A DNA stretch of 64,000 bases from the human T2T-CHM13v2.0 reference genome, Homo sapiens. Positions 39,906 to 57,539 of this stretch are shown here, in pieces (positions within the stretch are counted from its first letter, which is position 1; every line of letters starts with the position of its first letter). The stretch lies in assembly GCF_009914755.1 (NCBI RefSeq), contig NC_060926.1. One strand, 5' to 3'. The position numbers were made by a program, and so were the translations under genes. Below the pieces are notes generated by a model that was given only the letters and a program-made list of their open reading frames with translations, made no database searches and had not been told where the DNA came from.

Positions 39906-41854
39906 AGTGTATTTACTCTGCCTTTCAATCATGGAAATGTCCTGGTTTTAGTCTAAGGAGGTGCAGGGGGAATGGCTCAGCCAGTGAAGAACTTGAGTTG
40001 ATCCTCCCAAGCCTTCTATTCTTTGATAATAGTAACGACCTGCCTTCTATGATAAAACCCCAGTGGATTTTGCAATGACAACAGCCAACTCCAGACTCCC
40101 CAAGTGGAGGAGCAATGGCACCATAGTTTGGGCTCATGAATGAATAGTAGCCAGCGCCACTGGAGTGACTACCTTTTAGTGTCACAGACCCTGACAAATG
40201 GACCCTGATAGAGACATCCTTGGAATCTCTGGCAATGGACTCCTCCCAGAAGGGAAATACGAACTCTGAGGATCTGCCTGCTGTTCAGAGGCTTGACCGA
40301 ACTGCAGAGTATAATTGGTCTCTGCTTCTTTCTTTGACCAAAGAACTGGGGGTTTTGGAGATTTTTGAGCTTAAATTTCCAAGCACAAATACTTTGCAGC
40401 ATCAAATATCTTACATGTAGGGAGAAATCTAGCACTAGTACATTTGTGTAGATACAATGACATGAGGGGTAGTGACCACAGGAAAATGATCAGCACTGGG
40501 GTAAGGCAATTTAAAGAAACAAAATGAGAATTATTAGAGACTGCTATCAAACTTCAAATCAGAAGGGAGGTAAAGATGAAGCACTTGTTAGGCAGATAAT
40601 AAGATGACAAAGCCTCAAAATACGGCACTCATGGATCTTAATTACCAAGCTATCTGCTGGGTGTTTAATCAGTGGCACATACACTATGCTAATTATTCCG
40701 GCTAATTTCGTTATAATGCAATTCTTTATCAACCCTGCTATGTAAAAATTAGGAATTGAAATGTAACTAACACAAATTATATTTAAGGCAACATGAATTT
40801 CTTTATTTCAGCATGAAATCTTCTAGTCTCTATTTCTTTATCTTTCTTTCTGTGATTATCTAATGTCACCCCCTCCCCAACCCAGCCCCCCACAGCCTAA
40901 ACCATCATTTGAGGAGAAAGGAACCCAGCACAAATATTTCCCCTTTTAACTTCTAGGAAATCATTCGTTTGACTTTCTCCTTCAGCGATTGTCCTTGAAA
41001 GGTGTAGAATATATTTAAGCAATCAGTGACAGACGGATCCTAGCTTTCTCTGCATCAGATAAAGGTCGCTTTATTGTTCTATTTTAATTTTTAAATAATC
41101 ATTGGAGGGTGCCATAATTCATGTATTTTCAGTGATGTATGTAACTTACATCAAGTTGTGTTTACAAATGTGTTTAGATGAGGGCTAATAACACATATCT
41201 TGTAGAGAAGCATAAATATTGTCTGGAATTTTTAATGTCATGCAGCTCTGCATCCAAAGAGGTCAGGACTGCCAGGCTTGTGATTTTCTCCTCCATCAAT
41301 ACTTTTGGTTTTGAACAAATTTGCAGCAAAATAACAAAGCCTAATAAATCAGTTGATAAAACCGGGGTCTAATTTAGTCCCAGCACTAAGTCCGTTGCCA
41401 AGGGAGGGCCATGGTCTGGAAGAAATGAACAGTCGCAAGTCCACAGACCCCCCTGTGACCTCAGAGAAAGGGACAAGCACTGTGCCTGTCTAGACTCACT
41501 CAAACTGACCGAGACATAGCCCTGTCTGTGGATTCACCTCTGAGACTCATTTCTTCTTTGGGCCTGAAATGTCCCTGCTTTTCCCTGATAGCGTGGAAAG
41601 CAGCTCCTTCATCCCCTGGTCCCCTGGGTGCTGTTGGGTGCATACTCGCCTCCAGATCCAGCTGCTGGGCCCTCCCCACTCTGGGTCAGCTGGGGCTTTG
41701 CTCCCAGGACAGAGGCTTCCATCATCTCGCATCATCCTCTCTCCTGTCTTTGATTCCCTCTGTCTTATTTTTATTTCTCCTAATTCCCAGCTCCGGCGAC
41801 ATAGACGTTTCTTCTTGTGGTCAGAAGCTTTTTAATTTTGCTAAAGATTAATGC

Positions 41855-42149
41855 TTTTTTTTTTTTTTTGACAGAATCTCACTCTGTTGCCCATGCTGGA
41901 GTGCAGTGGTACAATCACTGCTCACTGCAGCCTCTACGTCCCGGGCTCGATCTAATCCTCCCACCTCAGCCTCCCAAGTAGCTGGGACTACAGGTGTGTG
42001 CCACCATGCCAGGCTAATTTTTAAATTCTTTTTAGCAGAGAGAGGGTCTCACTATGTTGCCCAGGCTGGTTTCAAACTCCTGGGCCCAAGCAATCCTCAC
42101 GCTTCAGCCTCCCAAAGTGCTGGGGTTACAGTTGTGAGCCACCATGTCC
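41855..42149 (-). mobile_element. Alu (J-type)
   Basis: Antisense dimer. Confidence 0.9.
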
Positions 42150-42432
42150 AAATTGAATTCCTTTTCAATGAGTCTTTTCTAGCTTTTCTGTCTTGACAGT
42201 TTTGACTGAGATGTTTGTGTGAATGTATTTTCCATTCTGTGCGGGGCCAGGCTCACCCATCAATCCACCAGGCTGCAGTAGCCACTTTGTAGTGCAATCT
42301 TGGTACTTGAACTTGAGGCGGCTCTTTGTGCAACGAGAGAGCAGGAGCCACTTTCATTTCCTGTGTGTCTTCAGAGGCTGGAAACAATGCAATGGGATGT
42401 GGGCACAGACTAGATGTGATGAAAGTCATTGA

Positions 42433-42748
<316 letters not shown>

Positions 42749-43232
42749 AAAAGTCATTGACAATTCTTGAAAGATTTTTTTTTCTCTATTGGGGCATGAT
42801 TTGTGATGATGCAAGGATGGAGTTGTACAATTGGAGTTGTGGGTATTTTCTACCAATATAATCATCAAAGCCCAAATAACACACAAACGATTGTCATTCA
42901 GTAAACACTTTCTGAACCCTGGTTAATGCCAGGCACTTCTTGATGTGCTGAGATTATAGTATGTTGATTATAAAATTCACAATATGTGCCAGGCACTTTC
43001 TAAAGGTGTTGTGAATATAACTTGTTTTCTCCTCTCAATGGTACTGAGGTTGTTATCACTTGGGAGATGAGGAAACTGAGTGGGGAGCTACTGTTGAAGC
43101 CGTATGGCTATTAAATGGCAGGGTTAAGATGCAAACACACAGCCTGGCTGTGCGTCCCAGTGTTGTGTGGTCCTGGCTCCTGCTCTGTGCCCAGTTCTGC
43201 CATCTCCTAGTCAGCTGCTGCTTCTTCCTTCC

Positions 43233-44551
43233 TGATATGGTTTGGATTTGGGAAGAATGGTTTCATGGGCCAGGCCCAGGGCCCTGCTGTCCTGTGCAAC
43301 CTCAGGACACTGCTCCCTGTGTCCCAGCCACTCTAGCTATAGCTGTTGTTAAAAGGGCCCCAGGTGTGTCTCAGGCCTCTGCTCCAGAGGGTGCCAGCCA
43401 GAAGCTTTGGTGACTTCCATGTGGTGTTAAGCCTGAGGGTGCACAGAGAGCAAGAGTTGAGGCTTGGGAGCCTCTATCTACACTTCAGAGGATGTATGAA
43501 AATGCCTAGATGTCCAGGCAGAAGTCTGCTGCAGGGGTGGAGCCCTTATGGAGAACCTCTACTAGGGCAATGTATAGGGGAAATGTGGGGTTGGAGCCCC
43601 CACACAGAGTCCCCACTGGGGCACTGCCTAGAGGAGCTGTGAGAAGAGGGCCACCATCCTTCAGACCCCAGAATGGTAGACCCACCAACAGCTTGCACCA
43701 TGCATCTGGAAAAGTGGCAGACATTCAATACCAGCACTTGAGGGCAGCCATGGGAGCTGAACCCTGCAGGGCCACAAGGGTGGAGCTGCCCAAGGCCTTG
43801 GGAGCCCACCTCTTGTATCAGTGTGACCTGGATGTGAGACATGGAATCAAAGGAGTTTATTTTGGAGCTTTAAGATTTATGACTGCCTTGCTGGGTTTCA
43901 GACTTGCATGGGGCCTATAGCCCCTCTCTTTTGGTTAATTCCTCCATTTTGAAATGAGTATATTTACCCAATGCCTGTACCCCCATTGTATCTTGGAAGT
44001 AACTAACTTGTTTTTGGTTTTATAGGCTCATAGGTGGAAGGTACTTACCTTGTCTCAGATGAGACTTTGGACTGTGGACTTTTGAGTTAATGATGAAATG
44101 AATTAAGACTTTGGGGACTGTTGAGAAGGAATGATTGTATTTTTCAATGAGAAGGACATGAAATCTGGGAAGGGCTGGGTGGAATGATATGTTTGGATCT
44201 GTGTCCCTGCACAAACCTCACAAAGAATTGTAATCTCCAGTGTTGGAGGGGAGGTGATTGGATCATGGGGACAGATTTTCCCCTTGCTGTTCTAATGCTA
44301 CTGAGTTCTCATGAGATCTGGTTGTTTAAAAGTGTGTAGCACTTCCCCCTTCTATGTCTTCCTCCTGCTCCTGCCATGTAAGATGTACCTACTTCTCCTT
44401 CACCTTTGGCTATGATTGTAAGTTCCCTGAAGCCTCCCCAGCCATGCTTCCTGTACAGCCCATGGAACCAAGAGCCAATTAAACCTCTTTTCTTTATAAA
44501 TTACCCTGTTTCAGGTATTCCTTTGTAGCAGTGCAAGAACGGACTAATATA
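43233..44551 (+). mobile_element. MST/THE1-type MaLR element: 5' LTR stub, 3' part of the internal region, full 3' LTR
   Basis: CTTCC|TGATATGGTTTGG...GGACTAATATA|CTTCC TSD; MaLR-int peptide MSRQKSAAGVEPLWRTSTRAM. Confidence 0.9.
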
Positions 44552-44850
44552 CTTCCTGTCTGTTATTTTGGTCTTTCTTGATATGCAGTTTTGTGAGAAA
44601 AGATGTAGAAGGGGTGGGAGGGAAGAGAAGAGGGGCAAGGGCTAAGGCAAGGACCAGGAGTATTGGGGGAGACTTTGACAGAAAGAGGCCTGAGAGTAGG
44701 TGGGAATTGGATAAAGAAAGAAAGGCCATTACTTTGATATAATCTCTTGGTTGCTGGATGATGTTTTCCTAATCAAGATGCTTATTTGAGACTAGACCAC
44801 AAGGGTCATGGCTTTTAAAGAGTTATTTAACTAATTATGTGAGTCCCTGT

Positions 44851-45276
44851 TGTGAAAGGAAAATCTTGGTGCCCCAAAATTACTAAGCTAGGGGAAAAGT
44901 CAAGCTGGGAACTGCTCAGGACAAACCTGCCTCTGCTCACTGAGATAGATGCATATTCTGATGGCCTTCTTTGGAAAGGCTTATCAGAAACTCAAAAGAA
45001 TGCAACCATTTGTCTCTTCATCTATCTGTGGCTTGGAAGACCCCTCCCTGCTTCAAGTTGTCCCTGCCTTCTGGATGGAACCAGTGTACGTCTTACATAT
45101 ACTGATTGATGTCTCATGTCTCCCTAAAATGTATAAAACCAATCTGTGCCCCGACCACCTTGGGCACATATCATCAGGACTTTCTGAGGCTGTGTCATGG
45201 GCGCATGTCCTTAACTTTGGCAAACAAACCTCCTAATATGATTGGGACTTGTCTCGTCAGTTTTTCTTGACTGACA
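44851..45276 (+). mobile_element. MER4A-like ERV1 solo LTR
   Basis: TGTGAAAGGAAAATCTTGG...GACTGACA with 4-bp TSD CTGT. Confidence 0.85.
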
Positions 45277-46064
45277 CTGTCATTGGGGGTAAGGGGATCA
45301 TCAATCAAGCACAATGATGTAAGGTGGAAAGTGTGCCCTCTGATAATTAGACATTAAAATCACCCTAATAGATCAAAGCAGGACAGTGTAAAGTCACTTA
45401 AAGGATGAAGAATAATTAACACAACATATGCTTTCAAATTTAATCCCCTACCTCCATCTCAAATCATCTTTGAAATAAAGGAAAATGAAAAAAAATGGAG
45501 AAAATATGTATCAGTGATTAAACTTAGGACAAAGTGTATCCCTGTGACAAAAATTTTAAGAAATTTCTGGCATCAACAGGGTGGGCAGGCTTGAGGAAGG
45601 GTAGACCAGGTGGCCACGGGTGTGAGTAGACAGAAATGCAGGCTGGGGCCCTGGGGTGAGGGTGGGGCAGATCTTGCCTCATTGGCAGGTTCAGAAAGGG
45701 CCCCTGAGCCCCACAGTGTGCCCAGAACCTCAGCATCTCATGTCACGCTCGGCTGCTGGTGGCAGTGAGCACTGTGAGGAGGGCTGTGGTGGGCACATGG
45801 GGGGCAGTCATGCATGCTTCAGAAAGGCGCACAGTGCCTGCCATTCAGGATGGTATAGATTAAAAAATGAAACACACAAGAAACAGGAACGGAATACCCT
45901 GCCCCAGCGGTGAAGCTCCTTGGCCATCACTCTTGCTAGTTTTTTTCAATTTCCATGCCTCTGTTACAGAAAAATACAATTTCCATACGGTTAAAGTCTG
46001 TCCTCTTCTCTTTGGGCCTGAAAATATTTGACCACAGACACACATAATCATGATCCAACCCATC

Positions 46065-47200
46065 TGTGGTGGACAGCCTTGGAGATGGCCCTCATATTCG
46101 TGCCCTTGTGTAACCTGCTCTCCCGTGGGCTGGGCCAGGCTTTGTGACTTGCTTTTCACAGATATGGTGCCACTGAAGCAGAAGTGTCTCAGATGAGACT
46201 TTGGACTGTGGACTTTTGAGTTAATGATGAAATGAATTAAGACTTGGGGGACTGTTGAGGAGGAATGATTGTATTTTGCAATGAGAAGGACATGAGATCT
46301 GGGAAGGGCTGGGGTGAAATGATATGGTTTGGATCTGTGTCCCTGCCCAAACCTCACATTGAATTGTAATCTCCAATGTTGGAGGAGAGGCCTGGGGGCA
46401 GATGATTGGATCATGGGGGCAGATTTTCCCCTTGCTGTTCTAGTGCTACTGAGTTCTCATGAGATCTGGTTGTTTAAAAGTGTGTAGCACTTCCCCCTTC
46501 TATGTCTTCCTCCTGCTCCTGCCATGTAAGATGTGCCTGCTTCCCCTTCACCTTTGGCCATGATTATAAGTTCCCTGAAGCCTCCCCGGCCATGCTTCCT
46601 GTACAGCCCATGGAACCAAGAGCCAATTAAGCCTCTTTTCTTTATAAATTACCCAGTTTCAGGTATTTATTTGTAGCAGTGCAACAACAGACTAATACAC
46701 TTCCTGTTATTTTCCTCATATTCGTGCCCTTGTGTAACCTGCTCTCCCGTGGGCTGAGCCAGGCTTTGTGACTTGCTTCTCACAGATATGGTGCCACTGA
46801 AGCAGAAGTGATGGGTGGCCGCTTTTGCGATTAGGTTAGAAATTATAAAGACACCGTGGCTTCTGTGTTGGGTGCTCTCTTTAGCTTCCTCCTGAGTGGC
46901 TCACCTTGGGGGAAGCTAGCTGCCTTGTGGTGAGTCAGCCCCAGAAGTGGGGCTGGGGAAGGAACTGGAAAGAGGATGTGCTGGGGCTGCAAACAGTCCT
47001 GTGAAGGGGCATGGCAGGAAAACCTTCAGCCCTAGTGGGGCCTGAGGGTGATGACAGCCTCCTGAGAGACAGAACCACCCACCAAAAGCCATATTCAGTT
47101 TCCTGGCCTGCAGAAACTATAAAATTATGAATGTTTGCTGCTTTAAGCCATTAGATTTTTGGGGTAATTTGCTATGCAGCAATAGATAATTAATATACCA
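46065..47200 (+). mobile_element. MLT1-type LTR interrupted by a duplicated MST segment
   Basis: 'tgtggtggacagcc...gctatgcagcaatagataattaatata'. Confidence 0.75.
46185..46713 (+). repeat. Local direct copy of 44051-44569 (MST internal end, LTR and unique flank), bracketed by a 97-bp duplication
   Basis: High identity including post-LTR flank CTTCCTGT..TATTTT; 46090-46186 recurs at 46714-46810. Confidence 0.92.
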
Positions 47201-47716
47201 CCTTAACTAGCATTTGAAGAAGGCCACAGACTTTATCCTTCCCTTTCTCATTCTCTCCTTCCCCACTCAAGGATAAGCAAAGCATGAACTCTGATTCAAC
47301 AGTGCGAAAGAATGGATGATTTTTGAGTCCCAGGGTAAATGTCTTTTTATGAAACAAGAGTTGCTGCGAGAAGTGAGAAAATTTGTGAAAATTCCAAATT
47401 CATACTATCACTGATAATCTAGATAAACATTGGCTGAAAGAGGAATGAGAGAGGGCCAAGGAAGAGTCCTCTGGGTTGAAAACCATATTTCAAGTTTTAA
47501 AATGAAATTTATACAGTGGTTGATACTGCGGAAAACCAAGCTAGTGATTTAAAAGGCCAGACACAGAAATCCTCTCAAACTCAGAGTATAAAAGAAACAA
47601 AATGGTGCACATAAAGAAAAGTAACACAAAAGACAGATTCAGGAAATGTATATATCTTAGGAGAAATAAGAGTAGAGAGAATATAATAAGTAAAGAAGTA
47701 ATACAAGATACCTTTT

Positions 47717-48460
47717 GCTATGGACTGAATTGTGCCTCCTGCCTCCAGTTCATATGCCAAAGCCCTAACCCCCATGCGATTTTATTGGAGACATGGTCTT
47801 TAGGGAGGTGTATTAGTCTGTTCTTGCATTGCTATAAAGAAATACCTGAGACTGGGTAATTTATAAAGAAAAGAGGTTCAGTTGGCTCATGGTTCCACAG
47901 GCTGTACAGAAATCATGGCTGGGGAGGCCTTGGCAAACTTTCAATCATGGTGGAAGGTGAAGCGGAAGCAGGGATATCTTACATGGCCGGAGTAGGAGCA
48001 AGAGAGAGAGACAGGGGAGGTGCCACACACTTTTAAAACAACCAGATCTTATGAGAACTCACTCACTCACTATCACAAGAACAGCACCGAGGGGACGGTG
48101 CTAAACCATTCATGAGAACTCCACCCTCATGATCCAATCATCTTCCACCACGTCCCACCTCCAACACTGGGGATTACAATTCAACAGAGATTTGGGTGGG
48201 GACACAGATCAAAACCATATCAGGAGGTAAATAAAGTTAAGTGAGGTCATAAGGATAGAGTCCTGATCCTATAGAACTGGGGTCCCTATAGAAGAGGAAG
48301 AGATACTAGAGCTCTCCCTCTCTCCATGGATACACGAGGAAGGGGTCATGTGAGTACACAGAGGGCAAGATGGCAGCTGCCTCCAAGCCAAGAGAAGAGG
48401 CCTGAGCAGGAAATCTGCCTTGCTGGCACCTGATCTTGGACTCTGCAGCCTCCAGAACAA
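47717..48460. mobile_element. MLT1-type LTR with nested antisense MST LTR (~47809-48222)
   Basis: 'tgctatggactgaattgtg...'; nested 'tgtattagtctg...aaaccatatca' flanked by GGAGG. Confidence 0.8.
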
Positions 48461-48952
48461 CTAAGCATCCCAGGAAGACTAAGACGAGTTCCCTGAGCTG
48501 ATGAGTAGAATGTCTTCTCTCCAAATTAAAACCCCCTTCAAGCACCCTTAAAAAGTAAGACTGGCCTTTAAATTAAAAGTATCTTTCAGGATATTTTGTG
48601 AAAATATAGAAACACACCTGAACATATTCTGATGACATTTTGGTATTTCAGGGATAAAGAAACATCTCCTAATTTTTACAATCAAAAAACCAGATTAATT
48701 AATTGGTGTTAGGTTTCTTCATATGACAAAGTGGCACAAAGCAACTGAGAAATGGCTACAAGGTATGGAGGGGAAAATATTGTAACCCAAGAACTCCATT
48801 CTCAGCCTATCTAATGTTCATGTGTATTGGAAAGAAATTCTCAGACATGCAAGGATGCAGAAAATATTTCAAACACATCATGTTTTGAAAAAATGATTTC
48901 AGTAATTATTTTTAGTTGTTTGAAAAAAGTTGAAATTAAGAACTCAAGACTT

Positions 48953-49285
<333 letters not shown>

Positions 49286-49299
49286 TTAAAGAAATGTTG

Positions 49300-49660
49300 G
49301 TGTAAGGTCTGAATGTATTCCTCAAAATCCATATGTTGAAACTGACTTACCGATATGATAGTACTAAAATAGTAGGGGCTTAAGGGGATGATTGAGTCAC
49401 GAGGACCCCTCCTGCAGAAATAGAACTAGTGAACTTGTTAAAGTGTGGGGGAAGCTAGCCAGGGTCTTTTGATCTTCACCTTCTGCCATGTCAGGACACA
49501 GTGTTCAAGGTGCATCTTGGAAGCAGAGGGAGGCCCTCACCAGACACCAGAACAACAAATCTGCCATTGCCTTGATCTTGGACTCTGCAGTCTTCAGGTC
49601 TGTGAGGAAATAAATCCTTGTTGTTCATGAATTACCCAGTCTGTAGTATTTTGTTACAGC
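49300..49660 (+). mobile_element. MLT1A/MSTD-like LTR
   Basis: 'ctcaaaatccatatgttgaaac...tattttgttacagcagcaggagtggactaaggca'. Confidence 0.7.
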
Positions 49661-49878
49661 AGCAGGAGTGGACTAAGGCAGCTGGAAAAAATAAAAGTTG
49701 GGAAACAATAAACAGTACAGGGAAACAGGAAGTGGCCTAATGCATCTAAGGCCCAAACTGAGTATGAAAGTACCTAGCACCCCACATTCCAAGTTCAGAG
49801 AGCTGCCCGCAGTTGGGAGTCATGTTCTTCTTGGCAATGAGGACTGAGGGCTGCCCCAGCTGGCCCTAAGACCCTGTC

Positions 49879-50287
49879 TGATATGGTTTGGATCTGTGTC
49901 CCCACCAAATCTCATGTCAAATCGTAATCCCCAGTGTTGGAGGTGGGGTCTGGTGGGAGGTGATTGGATCATGAAGGCGGTTTCTCGTGAATGGTTCAGC
50001 ACCGTCCCTCCGTGGTACCGTACAGTGAGTGAGTTCTCTCGAGTTCTGGTTTTTTAAAAGTGTGCAGCACCTCCCTCTTGCTCTTCCTCTTGCTCTGATC
50101 ATGTGAAGTGCTGGCTTCCCCTTTGCCTTCTGCCATGATTTTTAAGTTTCCTGAGGCCTCCCCAGAAGCTAATGCTACCATGCTTCCTGTGCAGCCTGCA
50201 GAATCATGAGCCAATTAAACCTGTTTTCTTTATAAATTACCCAGTCTCAGGTATTTCTTTATAGCAATACTAGAATGGACTAATACA
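49879..50287 (+). mobile_element. MST-type solo LTR
   Basis: TGATATGG...CTAATACA with TSD CTGTC. Confidence 0.9.
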
Positions 50288-50829
50288 CTGTCCCTTGAGA
50301 GGAGAGAGGAAGTTGATTTTTTGTGGAGTTTCAAGTTAAAGGAGAAAGAGTATCCCTTTTTCTTCCTATAGAGGATGGAAGTGGATGTGTGACTGCAGAG
50401 TCCTAAAGCCAAGTGAGGGTTTTCAAGGAATCATGCAAAGATTATGGGGACTTGCAGGAAGTAGGGACTGACATTTGCTCCCTGGTTGTGAGCCTTTTTC
50501 ACTATATACTTGCTAATCTGCCCTTGTACCACCTGAGAAGAAGGGAATTGCAGAGAGAAGTAGTGGAGCTCAGAAGGTAGAGAAGAAGCAGGTGCACTCA
50601 GTTATCTGCCTGGCCGAGGAAGCCAGCAGCCTCCATGTGAGGTGAGTGGATGGGCAGGATGGAAAGGAGCCAGGCCTGGCCAGAACCCACCCAGGGGCTA
50701 CTGCCGGGAGGAGCTGCACACACATTGACCACATTGACTGCATAGAATTGTCATAAATCTTTCAAGAATAGCAAAGCCACACTTCCTACAAACTAAGGTG
50801 AGAGAATTAGCTCTAGTGGAAATTAAGGT

Positions 50830-52480
<1,651 letters not shown>

Positions 52481-53254
52481 AAAAATGGACTGTCTCAAAG
52501 AAAAAAAGCAATGGAAACAGATGCCAGGTAGAAATAATCAGAGGAGTTTGTAATGAGAGTTTCTCCATAATTTGAAACCAAAAAAGATGGGGCTGTAAGG
52601 AGTGGAGATGTGGGTGAAGATATCCTCAGATGGATTAGGAAGAACAGGAATTTCTGTTGTGAGTACCAGCAAGCTCCATGGGGACTGGCTCTGGGCTGAA
52701 TTGTCCCTTAGCTCACCTTCTGAGCCTTACATGTCAAAGGCCAATCTGTCAGCACTGAGCATCTGGTTTGGATGATATTTGGTGTTCCCAAGACTTCCCA
52801 CTTCTTCCCCTCTTCCCCTTATTGACCCTTAGTGGTCTAGGTACGCAAAAATTCCACTGAAAAGAGAGATCCTACAATGAATTAGTACAAGGTAGGCAGT
52901 CCAGTAGAAAAATGGGCAAGAACTTGTAGTGGAATGGTAGTGTAAAGAGAAACAACAAAGAAACAACTATTTTAAATCAGGAGGAAATTACCCAATGTGT
53001 TGGGTAGTGGCAGAGGCATTGCCTACTATTATATAATAAATAAATAGATTTAATGTACATATTGCACTTTGTAGTTTGTAAATCAACAACACACAGTCTT
53101 TTCAAATATCTACAGGTTTGTTTTTGCATGGACATATGTTCATATCCTAGGCCATACAGAAAATATTAATAATTTTCAAACAAATGTATTTATTCTCTGG
53201 CTACAAGTGAATAAAATGAAAACATATCAGCACTCTTAGAAAAATCAAAAATCA

Positions 53255-53598
<344 letters not shown>

Positions 53599-54073
53599 AA
53601 TTTTAAATGAATAACTTACAGGTTACAGAAGAAATCAAATCAGTAATAAGATATTTAGCTTCAAATGAATGTCAGTGAGAGTACATCAAAAAATTTGTGG
53701 AAGGTAGCCAAAGTTGTCTTCAGAAGAAAATTTGTAGCCTTAAATGTCTTTATTATGAAACAAGGAAAGAAGGGAAATAAAAGAACTAAGCACTTTTACA
53801 ACAGAGAAAATAATATAAAAATAAAACTAAAAAGGCAAGAATATAGAACTAACAAATTTAGAAATGAAGGAAATAAATAGAAAAATAGTTCAAATGATTG
53901 AAAAACTAAATATCTTTTAAAAAAGAAAATGTAAAAAAAAACCTCTACCAAGGTCAATTAAAAAAAAAAAGAGAATGAGCACAGATACATAGCGTTTGGG
54001 AAAGGAAGCTAAAACTAGATAGTAAAATTTTTAATATTTAAAAAAATATATTTTAATTCACTTGAAAGTGTTA

Positions 54074-54298
<225 letters not shown>

Positions 54299-54429
54299 CT
54301 ATCAATTTTGTTGAGGAAATTAAAAATATTGTCAAATAAATATTTAGAAAAAGACAAAATAAAACACAACAAACATAATAGCCATCAGGAACAACAGCAA
54401 ACAAAGCCAGAGTAACATCAATTACAAAT

Positions 54430-57530
<3,101 letters not shown>

Positions 57531-57539
57531 ATAAAAAAT

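Noticed and set aside
43346-43920. 136-aa and neighbouring ORFs
   Set aside because: Decayed MaLR internal sequence
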